From: Rebecca billardiae RCC1528
Lineage: Eukaryota; Protista; Haptophyta
Reading direction: 5' to 3'
DNA: 64,000 nucleotides
NCBI GenBank assembly: GCA_965240325.2
Contig: OZ251242.1
Location: 1,178,001 to 1,242,000, forward strand
Shown here: in pieces, positions 1-12,756 of the stretch
Layout of the letters: every line of letters begins with the position of its first letter
Position numbering within the stretch: position 1 is the stretch's first letter
The notes under the pieces: model-generated
Databases searched by the model: none
What the model saw: only the letters and a program-made list of their open reading frames with translations
Told to the model about the DNA's origin: nothing
Made by a program: the position numbers and the translations under genes

Positions 1-280
1 CCCCGCGGCGGACGCGCCGAGCGCGTACGCGCCCGCCGCGTCAAAATCGACCGCGCCGGCCGCGCCGGCCGCCGCCGCGCCCGGCGCGCCCGCAGTCCGC
101 CCCGCGGGCACGCCCGCCACCTCGGAGAGCACGTCCTTGCACGTCCACGGCTTCCAGTGGAAGAAGACGACGCCGTGCCCGAGCGCGACCGTCACCACGT
201 GCAGCAGCAGCTTGGAGGGCAGCGCGAGGCCTCCGAAGAAGAGTCGCTCCCCTCCGCACTCGGACGCGCGCTCGCGCCGC

Positions 281-311
<31 letters not shown>

Positions 312-2019
312 GCGCGGACGCGGGCGCGCGGCGCGAGGCGGCGGAGACGGCGCTGCCGGCACTGCCGGCGCTGGTCCCGCGCAGCAGCAGCGCGCGCGCG
401 CCGCCCTCGGCCTCGCCGAGCGTCGCGCTGCGCGCGCGCGCGCTCTCGGCGCCGCGGACGGCCAGCAGCGCGCCGCCGTGCGCCTCCGCGGCCGCGAGCG
501 AGTTGGAGCGGCGCGCGGCGACTGCGAGCAGCTCGGCGGCGGTGCCGGGCGCGCGCGCTGCCGCGCGCGCGCGCCACGGCCGGCTCGGCGGCGAGGCCGG
601 CGCCGACGCGCTCTCGAGCGCGCGCGCGCCGCACCGGCCGCCGCCGGCGCAGAAGCTGTGAGCGAGCAGCGCACGGCCGCTCGCGCCGCCGTCCGCGCGG
701 CCGCCGCCGCCGCCCTCGGCGCCGCCCCACGCGCCGCCGAGCCCGTGCCGCCGGCGCTGCTGCTGCTGCTGCTGCTGCTGCGACGCGGCCGCGGACGCGA
801 GGCTCCCCGCGAACCCGGGCGTCCACGACCGGTAAATGATCCGGTCAGCAATCAGCACGATGATCACCACGAAAAGCGCACCCACCAGCCCGCCTGAGAA
901 GCTGCCGGTGGAAATCTCCTGGCCGAGATCGGAGCCCGCCGCCGGGCGCGCGAGCGAGTTGTAGAAGGCGAAGACGTACAGCGCGAGGAAGAGCGTGACG
1001 GGCTGATAGTACACGTACCAGTTCACGCCGAACTTGAACGGGCGCGCGCCGTCGCCGCCCACCGAGTCTTCGTCGAACGAGGCGGGGCGCGCCGCCGCGC
1101 CGCGGCGCGCGGCCGCGACGCCGCCCAGCCCGCCGCCGGCTTCGAGCGAGGGCGGCCGCGGGAGGAGGCGGCGGAGGAAGCGCACGACGGCGGCGCAGCC
1201 GCACAGCGCGGCGCACGCGGCCGAGCAGCGCGCGCACAGCGAGCACACCCAGCGCGCGCGCCCGCCGCCCTTGGCGCGCGCGCCGCGCCGCCGCGCCGCC
1301 GCCGCCGCGCTCGCCGCCGCCGAGCCGCACTCCGCGCCGTCCGCGCCGCGCGCGCCGCCGCGCCCGCCGAGCAGCGGCGCCGTCGCCATGCACGCCTCCT
1401 CGAGGTCGGCGCCGGAGCCCGCGCGGCCGGCGCGCACGACAATGATCTCGCCGCCTCGGCCGGGCCCGCCGCTCGCGCCGCTCGCGCCGCCGCCGCTGCT
1501 CGCGCTCACGCCGCCGACCGAGCCGGACGAGTCGCAGCTGAAGCGGCTGCTGCGGCTGCCCGCGCGGCGGCGCAGCACGCCGCTCTCGGCGCCGACGCTC
1601 GGGACGCCCTTCGCGCCGTACCACCCGCCGCCCACGCCGTACCACCCGCCGCCCGTGCCGCCGCCGCCGCCGCCGCCGCCGTTGCTGGCACCGCCGCCGC
1701 CGCCGCCGCCGCCGGCCTCGGCGGCGGCGCCGCCGCCACCGCCGCCGCTGCCGCTCGGGCCACCGAGCAGCGCGCGCGCTCGCTCGAGCGTGTGCATGTC
1801 CGAGGGCTCGGAGGCGGTGCGGTGCAGATGGGCGCGCGCGGCGCGCACCGCGTCGGGCTCCGCCGTCGCGGCGCGCGCGAGCGCGCCCGGCGGCTCCTGC
1901 TCCGACTCGCCGCCGCCCGCGCGCCGCGCGCCGTCAAACGTGCGTCGTATGGAGGAGGCGGTGACCTCGGGGATGCTCGGCACGCGCGCCCACCGCCCGC
2001 CGCGCGCCGCCGCCTCCAC

Positions 2020-2052
<33 letters not shown>

Positions 2053-5000
2053 GGCCGCGTCCGCCGCGGCCGCGGCCGCGGCCGCCTCCGCCTCCGGCCC
2101 GAACGCGGCGGCCGCCAGAATCTCGGAGCAGTCGATGCCCGAGGTGCGCACCAGGGCGGCGTGGACCTCGGCCTCGCGCCGGCCCGAGGCCCAGCGCCAC
2201 GCCCACTGCCCGCGCCGGCGCAGCATCGCGCGGTGCCACAGCAGCGCGCCCAGCACGAGCAGGTCCGGGAGAAGCCCGCCGAGCAGCCCGACGCTCCGGA
2301 GCACGCCAGTCCCGCTGAACTTGTGGATGCCGACCACATAGTCGATGCGCGAGGCGAGGTGCTTGTCGGAGTAGGAGGGGCCATAGGGAGAGCCGAGCGA
2401 CGGCTCGACGCACTGCGTCACGTAGTGCACGCCCCACGAGCCGCCGAGACCCGCCGCCGCCGCGGCGGCCGACGCGCCGCCGTCGCGCGCGCCGCCGCCG
2501 CCGTCATCGTCGCCGCCGCCGCCGCGCGCCGCGCGGCCGCCGCCCGGGGCGGCGGCGGCGGTGAGCGAGCCGTCGGCGCGGCCGTGGTCGAGCGGCGAGG
2601 CGCCGCGCGTGCCGAGCGTGAGCACGCGCCACGCCGCGCTCGCGCCGCCCTCGTCATCCTCGAGCGCCGCCGCCGACACCTGCGGCCAGCGCACCGCGGC
2701 CGCTGCGCCGCTCGGCGCGCGCGCCGCGCCGCCGTCCGCTCCGCCGTCCGCCGCCGCGGCCGCGGCCGCGGTGCCGTTCGGCGCGTCGGCGGCGTCGGCG
2801 GCGGCGCCCGCCGGCCCCGCCGGCCTGGGCATCGGCGCGAGCACCACCGCCGCGCGCAGCGTGTACGGCGGCGAGCCGCAGAACAGCGGCAGCTGGTACG
2901 CCGCGCGCGCGAGGATCGTGCCGACCGCAAACCACGTACACGCGCGCACGTACGCGGCCGCCGGGCGCGGCGTCTCAAGCAGCGCGTACAGAAAGAGTGA
3001 CAGAGGCCACGCGAGCGAGAGGAGGCAGTGGTTGAGCGCGTGGTTGAGCACGAACGAGATCGCCACGAGCGCGAGCGTGTTGCTCGCCAGCGCGCGCCAG
3101 AGCACAGCCCACAGCGGCAAGTCCTCGATCCGAGCGCCCACGCCAAACGAGTCCCCTCGCAGACGCGCGCGCGCGCCGCCCGCCGCGGCGGAGACGGAGA
3201 CCAGCGTGGGCGGCGGGTCGGCGGCGTGCGCGCCGGCGGGCAGCGCGCGCGGCAGCGCGCCCACGCCCGGCGCGGGCACGAGCGGCGGCTCGCGCCACAG
3301 CAGCGGGTCGCACAGCGGCTCGGCGAGCAGCCGCAGCAGCGCGCTCAGACCGCCCTGGCCTACGGTGCGCGCGCGGAGCGCGCGCGGCGCCGAGCGCGGC
3401 GACGCGGCGGCGGCGGCGGGCGGCACGTGGACGCAGCCGCCGACCGCGCCGACGAGCGCGGCGTCCGTGCCTGCCGGCTCGGCCATCGCGAGCGCCGGGT
3501 GCGCGCCGCTTGGCGCGGCGGGCGCGGGCGCGCCCGCCGCGCCGCCGCCGTCCGCCGCCGCCCGCGCGCCCAGCGGCGTGGCCAGCGGCACAGCCCACGG
3601 CCACGGCGGCGGCGGCGCGCCGTCGGCGGCCGCGGCGGCGGCGCCCTCGTCGTCCTCCTCCTCGCCCTCCGAGTCGGCGAGGAAGGGCGCCTCGCCGAGC
3701 CGGAGCAGCAGGTTCAGCGCCGTCTGCTGGTCGCCGGACGCGTGCGCGAGCGCGTGGCGGCACGCGCGCAGCTCAAAGCCGAGGGTGGCGAGGTCGGCGG
3801 CGAGCGCCGCTTCGCGCGTCTGCTCGACCAGCTCGAGGCCTGACACTTGGGAACGCAACTGCGGCGGCGGCGGCAGCGAGGGCGGCGGCGTGGGCGCGCG
3901 CGCGGAGAGAGGCGGGGGCGTGGTCGCGGCCACCGCGCCCTCGTCGCTCGCGCCGCCGTCGGCGCCGACGCCGGCGCTCGCTCCGGCGCTCGCGCCGGTT
4001 GGCGGCGGCGGCGTGGGCGCGCGGTTGGCGGCCGGCGGCGGCGCGGCCGACGGCGCGGCGCGGCCGAGCGCGCGGCCGCCGCGGCCGCGCGCGCCGAGCG
4101 CGCGCGAGCCCGCGCCGGCGGCGCGGCCTGCCGCCGCCGCCACGCCGCCTGCGCCGCCGACCCCGCCGCCGCGGCCGGGCGGCGAGGGCGTGCCCGCCGA
4201 GCCCGCGGGCGGGCTGGACGCGGCGGCGCCGCGGCCGGCGGGCCGCGCGGCGGCGCCGCGCGCGGCCGGTTGCTGCGCGGGCGCGCGCGCGCGGCGCGGC
4301 GTGGGCTCAGCCGCGCCGTCGGCGGTGCCGGCGGACGCGGACGAGGGCGCGGCGCTGAGAAGCGGCGGCGTCGGGATGGCGGCGGCGGTGGCGGCGGCGC
4401 CTGCCCCGCCTGTTGGCGTGCTCGCTCCGCCGACGCCGCCGGCGGCGGCGGCGCCGCCAGTGCCGCCGCCAGTGCCGCCGCCGGTGCCGCCGCCGGTGCC
4501 GCCGCCACCGCCCTGCAGCGGCAGCGCGCTCGGCGCCGTACCTGTGAGCATCGCGCGCAGCGTGCGCACGGTCAGCCCGATCCGCTCGAGCTTCGCGCCC
4601 TGCACCGCGCGCCACGCCGCGGCCTCGCGCGCCTCCAGCGCGGCCCGCTGCTGCGCGAGCAGCAGATACGCGCGCCGTCGCCACAGCGCCGCGGCGTGTT
4701 CGCGCGCGTGAAATGGCAGCACATAGGTGCGGTAGGCGAAGGAGCGGCGCAGCTGCCACCCCGCCTCGAGCAGCGCCCAGATGGCGAGCTGCGCGCGCAG
4801 CGCGGACGCCGCGGCCGCCTGCGCGTGCTCCACCGCGGGCGGGACCGGGCCAATCGAGCCCACCAGCTGCGGCAGCAGCGCGGGCGGCACGGCCTGAAAG
4901 AGCCCGAGACACGAGGATAGGAGCGCACACAGCGGCACGAGCGAAGGCGCGGCCGAGCCGCCGTGCGCGCCGCCGCCCGCCGCCGCCTCCGCCGGCGCGA

Positions 5001-8000
5001 CGCAGTACGGCGGCACGAAGGGCGTGTGCATCGCCGCGAGCGCGAGCAGCCGCGCGCACGTGAACGCCTGCAGCGCGCGCCACGTGAGCGAGCGATTGGA
5101 AGGGTGCGTGCATAGCAGGACGACACAGGCGGCCACGTACGCGGAAGAGAGAAGGTCGAGAGAACCGACCGCGGCGGCCGTCGCCGCCGCGCTCGCCGCC
5201 GCGCTCGCCGCGCCCGCCGCGCGATGCAGCGCGTCCACGCTGACGCGCGGCGGATGCGCGCCCAGCGCGGCGTGCGCGGCGCCGCTGCCGCCCGCCCACG
5301 CGAAGCCCGCCGCGGCCCACACGCCGCCGCCGTCGGCGCCCGCGCCGCCGCCGCCGCCCGCGCCGCCGCCGCCCGCGAGGCTGTCGGGCTGCCCCTGCGA
5401 GGCGGCGGCGGCGGCGGCGGTGACGGGGTCGACGGTAAGCCAGCCTGCGCCGGCGATGGCGGCGACGACCAGCAGCAGCAGCCGCTGCGCGTGCAGGTGG
5501 AAGCCAAAGGTCCAGCGCATCCGCGCAGCGCGCCGCCGCGCCGCCGCGAGCTCGGCGCCCTCCACCGCCGCGTCGTCATCCGCCGCCTCCGCGTCCGAGT
5601 CGTCGCTCTCCGCCGCAGAGTCGCACGCGGCGGCGGCGGCGGCGGCGCGCGAGCGGCGCTCCTGCTCGGACGCGCCGTCGGCGGCGCCGCCGCCCGCCGC
5701 GGCCGCGGCCGCGTGCGACGCGGCGGCGGCGTGCTCGCGGCGGCGACGCCCGCGCCGCGCGGCTCGCGGCAGCAGCGGATGACGCAGGTCCGCGCGCGTG
5801 AAGTCGTCGCCATCAAGAGGGCCCCTCGCCTCGAGCTTGGCGCGCGCCGCCTGCAGCCGCTCGGGCCGGCGGAGCTGCCTGCGCCGCCGCTTGCGCCGCG
5901 CGTCCGCCGCGGCGAGCACCTCCGCCTGCAGCGCGACACACAGTAGCGCGAGCATGTCGGGCGCGAGCGCGCCCGCGCCCGTCCGGCCGTCAAGCCCGAG
6001 CCCGAGCCAATGCACCCAGCGGGCCGCCTCTACCTCCCCCACGGACGTGGCCCACTTGGCCCACGGGCGCGAGACGCCGAGGCACGGGGGCAGCCAGACG
6101 GAGGCGGCGAGCTGCGCGCACGCCAGCCCGCCCACCGCCATCGCGGACGCGCGCCACGCCAGCGCGGACCGTCGACACAGCGGCAGCAGCTGCAGCCCCG
6201 CCGCCAGGGAGACGTACACGATGGCGGAGAGCTGGCTCACGTGCGCGCACGCGGCGCAGAGCAGCGCAGACAGCGCGAGCTGGGGCCAGCACACGACAGC
6301 CGCGCGCGCGACCACCGCCGCGCCCGTCGCGAGCGCGAGCCCAAAGGTGTGCACGCGCCGCGCGGTGCGGCCGCCCAAAGCGCCGGCTCCCGCCGCGCCC
6401 TCGCCGCCGCCGCCCGCGCCGCCGTCGGCATCGGCATCGGCATCAGCCGCGGCGCCGCCGCGCGCGCGCGCGCGGAGCTCGCGCGCGCTGCTCGTGCCCA
6501 GCGCGGCGGCGACGTCGTCCACGCCGAGCCAGCGCGTGTCGAGCGGCGAGGGCTCGAGCGCGCACACGCCCGCGCTCGCGCCGCCGCCCGCCGAGCCCGC
6601 CGCCGCGCCCTGCTGCTTCTGCAGCAGCAGCTCGGCCGCCTCCTCCTCCTCCGCGTCCAGAATCGGCGCGACCACGGCCGCGAACAGCGGGTGCGGCATC
6701 GTGCCCGCGTCGAGCGCGGCGAGGGCGGCGCCAAAGGGGGCGGCGCCCATGCCGCCCCCGCTGCCAAAGGCGGCGCCGTCGCTCGGCCGGCGCAGCGCCG
6801 GCGGACGCCCTGCGACCGTCGTCGGAGCAGACGCCGCGCCGCTCGCCGCCGCCGCGCTCGCCGCCGCCGCGCCCGCGCACGCGGCGCGCGCGCTCGCGGC
6901 CGCGAGGCTGAGCGCGGCCGAGTCCTTGGCGGCCGCGGCGGCGGCGAGCTGCAGCTGGCGCTGCAGGATGGCCGCCAGCGCGATGAGCAGGTGGCCGCAC
7001 ACCGCTGCCGTCACGTTCTGCGTCTTCTCTCGGAAGAAGCCCAGCCACTCCGCCGTCGGCGTGTCGAGCGGCGCGAAGGGCGGCAGTTGGTACGCGTACT
7101 GCGCGAGCACGAGGACGGCTGAGAGCGCGCCGAACGGCGCCCACGCCGCGCCCCACAGCCCGCGCACGGCCATCTCGCCCGTCGCCGCCGAGCCCTCGGA
7201 GCGCAGCGCCGTGGACGCGAAGAAGACGTGGACGAACGAGCGGCGCGCGAGCTCCGCCGCCGCCGAGCCGAGCGCGCGCGGCCTCGGCGGCGTGATGATT
7301 GCGCAGAGGGTCCCCAGGTAGAGCAGCCCGAGCACGTCGCCGTAGGAGAGGGCGACGGCGCAGACGACGGCGGCGAGGAGGAGCGGTGCGCAGCCGTGCG
7401 CGCACGAGAGCGCGAGGCGCGCCGCCGCAGACGGCGGCGGGCGCGGCCGCGGCGACGGCGGCTGTGGCTCGCTGCACTGGCCGCACCCGCCGCCGCGCCC
7501 GCCGCCGCGCCCGCCGCCGCACCAGCCGCCCAGCCCCGCGTCCGCGCGCGCGACGGCGCCCGCCGGGCCGCGCGCGCTCTCGAGAATCTCGCGCATGCGC
7601 TCCTCCTCGCGTTGCGCGCGCGCGCGCCGCCGCGCCATGTCGCCGAGCAGCAGCGAGCGGTGGTGGAGGGCGAGCGCAAGCAGCAGCGCGTCGCCCAGGA
7701 GAGGCGACGGGCGCGCGGGCGCGGCGCGCGGCGGCGCTTGGCGCGAGCGCGAGTGCCGAGCGCCGGCGCCGCCGGGCTCCGCGCGCGCACGCTCGGAGCC
7801 GGCGGCGCCGCCGCCCGCGCTCGCCGCCGCCGCCGCGAGCATGCGCCGGCCCGCGCCGCCGCCGCGCGCCGCGCGCGCCGCCAGTGTGTCGTTGCTGCGG
7901 CGCGCCGCGGAGCCGTCGGTGGGTGCGGAGCCGTTGTGCGCGCCGCGCGGCTGTGGCGGCGGCGGCGCGGCGGCGGCGGGCGATGGGCTGGGCGGCGGAG

Positions 8001-9104
8001 CGCTGGGCGGCGGCGCGGCCGAGGGCGGGAGCGGCGACGGCGGCGGCGCTGGCAGCGGCGGGCGAGGGCTCGGCGCGGGCGAGGGCGGCGGCGCGGCCGG
8101 CGGCGGCGCGGCCGGCGGCGGCGGCCTCGGCGGCGCGGCCGGCGGCGGGCGCGGCGGCGCGACCGGCGGCGCGTGCGGCGGCGGCGCTTGCGGCGGCGCG
8201 TGCGGCGGCGGCTGCGGCGGCGCGTGCGGCGGCGGCTGCGGCGGTGCCGACGGCGGCGCGGCCGGCGGCGCGGCCGGCGGCGGCGGCGGCGCGGGCGAGG
8301 GCGGCGGGCGCGGCGCCGGGCTCGGCGGCGGGAGCGGCGGCGGCGACGGCAGCGGCGGCGGGCTCGGCGGCGGCGCGGAGGGCGGCGGCGAGGGCGGCGG
8401 CGCGAGCGGCGGCGGGCGCGGCGGCGCCGACGGCGGCGAACGTGGCGGCGGCGGCGGCGGCGCGGGCGGTGGCGACGGCGGCAGGCTCGGCGGCGCGCTC
8501 GGCGGCGCGCGCGGCGGCGCGCGCGGCGGCGCGCTCGGCGGCGCGCTCGGCGACGGCGGCCAAGGCGGCGGGCTCGGCGGCGGCAGCCACGGCGGCGGCG
8601 GCGCGAGCGCCGTCGGCGCGCGCTCGGCCGCGCGCACGGGCGCGCCCGCAAGCCCGAGGTCCGTCAGCGTACACGGGAAGTCGGCGGGCAACCTCTGGAG
8701 CAGAGCGGGCTGCGCGTACGGCGCGGCCGTGCCAAAGCGCGCGCACAGAAGCAGCAGAGGCCAGCTGAGCAGAAGCGGCCACAGCCGCAGCAGCCGCGCC
8801 TGCCGCAGGTCGGACGAGTGCGTGAACTGCTGCATGCACACGCACGCGAGCAGCAGCACCAAGTACAGACCGTTGGCCAGGCTCACGGGCGGCTGCAGCC
8901 CGTAGGTCAGCATGGCGGCGTAAAGAAGCCACAGCGAAGCCGCGCGCCACGCGCGCCGCACGAGCGGCGCCGCGGGCGCGGCCGCGCCGCCGCCGGTGGC
9001 GGCGGCAGTGGCTGCGCAGCACGGCGCGAGCGAGCTCGCGACGACGAGCACGCGCGGCGCGGCGGGCGCGGCGGGTGGCGCGGGGGCCGGCGGCGCGACG
9101 GCGC

Positions 9105-9138
<34 letters not shown>

Positions 9139-11121
9139 GCCCGCCTCCGGCGGCGGGCGCGCGGCGGCGCCGCCGCCCGCCGCCGCTTCTGCGGCCGCGC
9201 CTGCCGCGTCTGCGGCGCCCGCCCGCGGCTGCGCTGGCTGCGGCGGCTGCTGCTGCTGCGGCTGCTGCGGCTGCTGCGGCTGCTGCGGCTGCTGCTGCTG
9301 CTGCGGCTGCTGCTGCGGCTGCTGCTGCGGCTGCTGCTGCTGCTGCGGCTGCTGCTGCTGCAGCCGCCTGCGCAGCGCCTCGGCCGAGCACAGCACGAGG
9401 TGCGCGAGGCACGCGCACAGCGCCACGAGCAGCGGCAGCGCCGCGCGCAGCAGCTCGCCGTTCTCGCGCGCGCGCACGTGCGCCGCGCCGCCGCCGCCGC
9501 CGCCCGCCGGCAGCAGCGGCGGCCGCAGCAGCACGTGCAGCGCCGCGTGCGCGTGCGCGGGCGCGCCGGCCGGCGGCGGCGGCTGCAGCGGCAGCGGCGC
9601 ATACGCGACGAAGCCGAGAACGGAGAGGGCGCGCGCGGCGGGCGAGAGCCCGCTCGGCGCGCCGTGCAGCACCGCGTCCGCGTCCGCGTCCGCGCGCGCG
9701 CGCAGCGGGACCGCCGCCACGCCCGCCGCGCCGAGTGCGGTGGCGAGCGCGCTGAGGCACAGCGCCGCCGCGGCCGCGCCCACCACCGCTGGCCAGAGGA
9801 GCTGGAGCAACCGCTCGTGGCGTGCGGGCCACACGGCGGCGCCCAGCCCGCACGCGAGCAGGCAGCCGTGCATCGCGTCCGCGCGGCCCACGCCCGCCAC
9901 CGTCGGCACCGCCGCGAGCAGCAGCGACCACGCCCCCAGCTGGCGCGTGTCGCAAAACGCGGCGCCGCGCGCGAGCAGCCGCGCGGCCGCGCGGCGCGCG
10001 AGCGCGGGCAGCCGCGCGGCGGCGCGCGAGGCGCAGCCCTCGTTGTCGTCCGCGGGCGTGTGCACGCGCAGCGCAGCGCCGCCGCCCGACGCGCGCCGCG
10101 CCGCGGGCGGCGGCGCGCCGTACGCGCGCGCGCCGCCCGCGTCCGCGTCGGCGGCGTCGCGCGCGCTCGTCGGGAGCGAAGGCGACGCTGACGGCACGTC
10201 GGCCGCTGTAAGGATGGGTGCGCCCTCCGCGGCGTGCGCGAGCAGCTCGGCCTCCCAGACGAGGGCGCGCTGCGCGCACGCGCACACGCCGCCGACGCCG
10301 AGCGCGAGCGCCGCGAGAAGCAGCGCGCGCGGCATGCACCAGCCCGCGTCGACGCCGCCGCCGCCGCCGCCGCCCGCGGCGGCTGCGGCACCGAGCGCGG
10401 CTTCGGCCGCGGCGGTCGCGACGCGCGCGGCGGCGAGCACGTCGGGCGGCGCGCAGAGCAGGCGGAGCCAGGCTGGCGGCGCGAGGATCGACGCGGGCGT
10501 CGCGCCGTCGCGCATCAGCCGCTGCATGTGCAGAGCCCACACCAGCCCCGCGTACGCGCACGCCCACGCGAGCGCCGCGCAGCAGCTGAGGCCGAGCAGC
10601 GCGCGGGAGTCCCGCGCCGCGCTCGCGCGCAGCCGCGGGAGCACGGCGCTCGCGTCGAGCGGCAGCGTGTGCGCCCAGGCGCACATCGCCGCGAGCCCGA
10701 GCGCCAGCTGCGGCACCGCCGCCAGCGTCGGCAGCACCAGGCACGCGCCGACGCTCACCAGCGCGCCGCCGAGCACGCACGAGCGCGCGGCGAGCGTCGC
10801 GGGCGCGTGCGGCACGAGCGGCTGGCGGGGCTCGTCGAGCAGGCCGCGCGTGAGGCCATCGGACCAGGCGTGCTCGTCCTCGCGCCGACCGCGCCGGCGC
10901 GCGCCCCACGCCCCGCGCCAGAGCCGCGCGCGCCCGCCGCTGCCGAGCGGCGCGAGCAGCGCGGACAGCGCGCAGAGCACGCCGAGCGGCGGCACGAGCG
11001 CGACGGCGACGAGCGGCGCGACGGAGGCGAGGGCGAGGGCGATGACGGAGAGCGTGAAGAGCGAGAAGAGCGCGACGCCCACGCGCGCGCGCCGCGCCCA
11101 GACGCCGTCCTCCTCCTCCAT
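1..11121 (-). CDS. PIEZO: Piezo-type mechanosensitive ion channel, intronless, 3' end (pore module) beyond window start
   Basis: Minus-strand frame starting at ATG 11121 (MEEEDGVWARRARVGVALFSLF...). No ORF in this frame is listed in 1-11121 and spot checks found no stop, so it appears open for 3,707 codons. Manual translation gives Piezo-like segments: ALASNTLALVAISFVLNHALNHCLLSLAWPLSLFLYALLETPRP (~3090-2960), LLPDLLVLGALLWHRAMLRRRGQW (~2275-2205), FKFGVNWYVYYQPVTLFLALYVFAFY...VIIVLIADRIIYR (~1040-830), KLLLHVVTVALGHGVVFF (~213-160). Confidence 0.9.
7950..8620 (-). repeat. Coding Pro-rich (SPPP/PPQPPPHA) extensin-like low-complexity repeat inside Piezo
   Basis: GGC/CGG-rich tract. In the Piezo frame it reads PPPSPPP..PPQPPPHAPPQPPPHAPP. 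Confidence 0.85.
9230..9368 (-). repeat. CAG/CCG trinucleotide repeat encoding poly-Q/P in Piezo
   Basis: (CTG)n interrupted by CGG on the + strand; reads QQQPQQQQQP in the Piezo frame. Confidence 0.9.
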
Positions 11122-11534
11122 GGCGTCTCGCCCGGCAATCGGCGGAGGCGATGGGGCGGGCAGGTGGCCTTTCCGAGCCAGCCGCCAGCGCGAGGGTGTG
11201 CCCACCGGCACGGGCTCAAACAAAAAGCTCGGGCCGACGACGCTTGGCCGGAACGCGTTTGAAAAGGAAGCGACGAGCGACTACAAGAGTTTACCCGCGC
11301 CACGCAAAGGACGGCCGACCCGGTCGATCAAGGATTCAAGGCGCAATCGTGGTGTTCATGAGCACAGTCTCATGAATCGTCACCGTTCCAGGGAATCACA
11401 GCGATCGCCCCCCGGACTTGCCACAGTCGTGCGCTTGTTCACCCTTGATTCCTGAGCTTCACAAGCGATGGCCGCCCGTCAACCTTGAGTGAACCTCCCG
11501 TCCCAAGCGTCAGTCCACGGCGGCTCCTGCGAGC

Positions 11535-12719
11535 TCACGGCGGCGCGAGCGCCCGGCCCACGCGCCACGCGCGCGCGAGCACGCGCTCGAGCGCGCAGAA
11601 CGCGTCGCACGCCCCGCTCTCGCGCGCGGCCGCGTCCGTCGGCGCGTACACCATGTGCCGCGCCGCGCGGTCGAGCGCAAGCTGCATGCGCCGCACGGCG
11701 CGCGGCTGGCGCGCGAGCGCGGCCAGCCGCTCGACCCACTCGAGCGAGCCGCCGACGATCTCCTCTGCGCGCAGAAACACGGCGAACGCCGAGTAGTTGA
11801 GCGCGAGCGACGATTCGGCCGACGCCGCCGGCGCGTCGCCCTCGCCGCCGCCGCGCGCGCCCGGCCGCGCCGCCTGCCACGCCCACCACGTCGGCTGCGC
11901 CGCGTCGTACGCCGCGTGCCCGCCCTCGATGAGCACGGGGATGCAGCCCGCCACCATCGCCGCGTACGCGTGCGAGCGCCCCAGCACGTCCCCCGGAGGC
12001 TCGAGGCAGAACACGGCGCGCGCCAGCCGCGTGTACACCGCGGGCGCGGGCGTGTCGCAGCCGGCCGCGCGCGCCCCGTCCGGCGGCTCGGCGCAGAGGG
12101 CGCAGATGTCGTTGGAGGAAGTGCCCCAGCGCACGCTGCCCGGCGTGGTCTCGCAGCGCGCGCCCGCGCGGCGCAGCGCGCCCACGATCGCCGGGCGCAC
12201 GCGCTGCAGCGCACCGCGCCCGCCGCCGCCCGCGCCCGCCGCCAGCAGCCCGCCGCCCACCCGCTCCGCTGACGCATCGTGGAGCAGCAGGATTGGCCGC
12301 GGCCGGCTCGGGCTGTAGAGGGGCGAGCGGCGCGTCCAAGGGACGGCGCGCGGCACGCCGGTGGCGAAGGGGAGCGAGACGAGCAGCGGCCCGCCGAAGC
12401 TGCGCACGCGGCCCGCGCCCGCGCCGCCGCGCCCCCCAGCCGCCGCAGCCCTCCGCGCCGCGGCAGCAGACGCCGCCATCGCCTCCCGCCGCCCCAGCTC
12501 CTCCGCCGCCCCATCCCGCCAGCCGCGCCCAAACAGCGCGTGCACGGCGGCCGTCTGGCTGCTCATGCCTGTGCCGAGCATGAGGCGCGAGACGAAGCCG
12601 GCGGGCTGCGTGCTCAGCTCCGCGAGCGTCGCGCGGTTCGACGGCGCGTCCCACGAGTGCGGCTCGATGACGAGCAGGAGGGGCGGCACACCGTCGTCGC
12701 CACCGTCGTCGCCACCGCT

Positions 12720-12756
<37 letters not shown>

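Noticed and set aside
41-11455. Many long Arg/Ala-rich ORFs (e.g. 6443..10909, 7228..10191, 8996..11455)
   Set aside because: Alternate-frame or antisense shadows of the Piezo CDS; stop codons are rare at this GC content.
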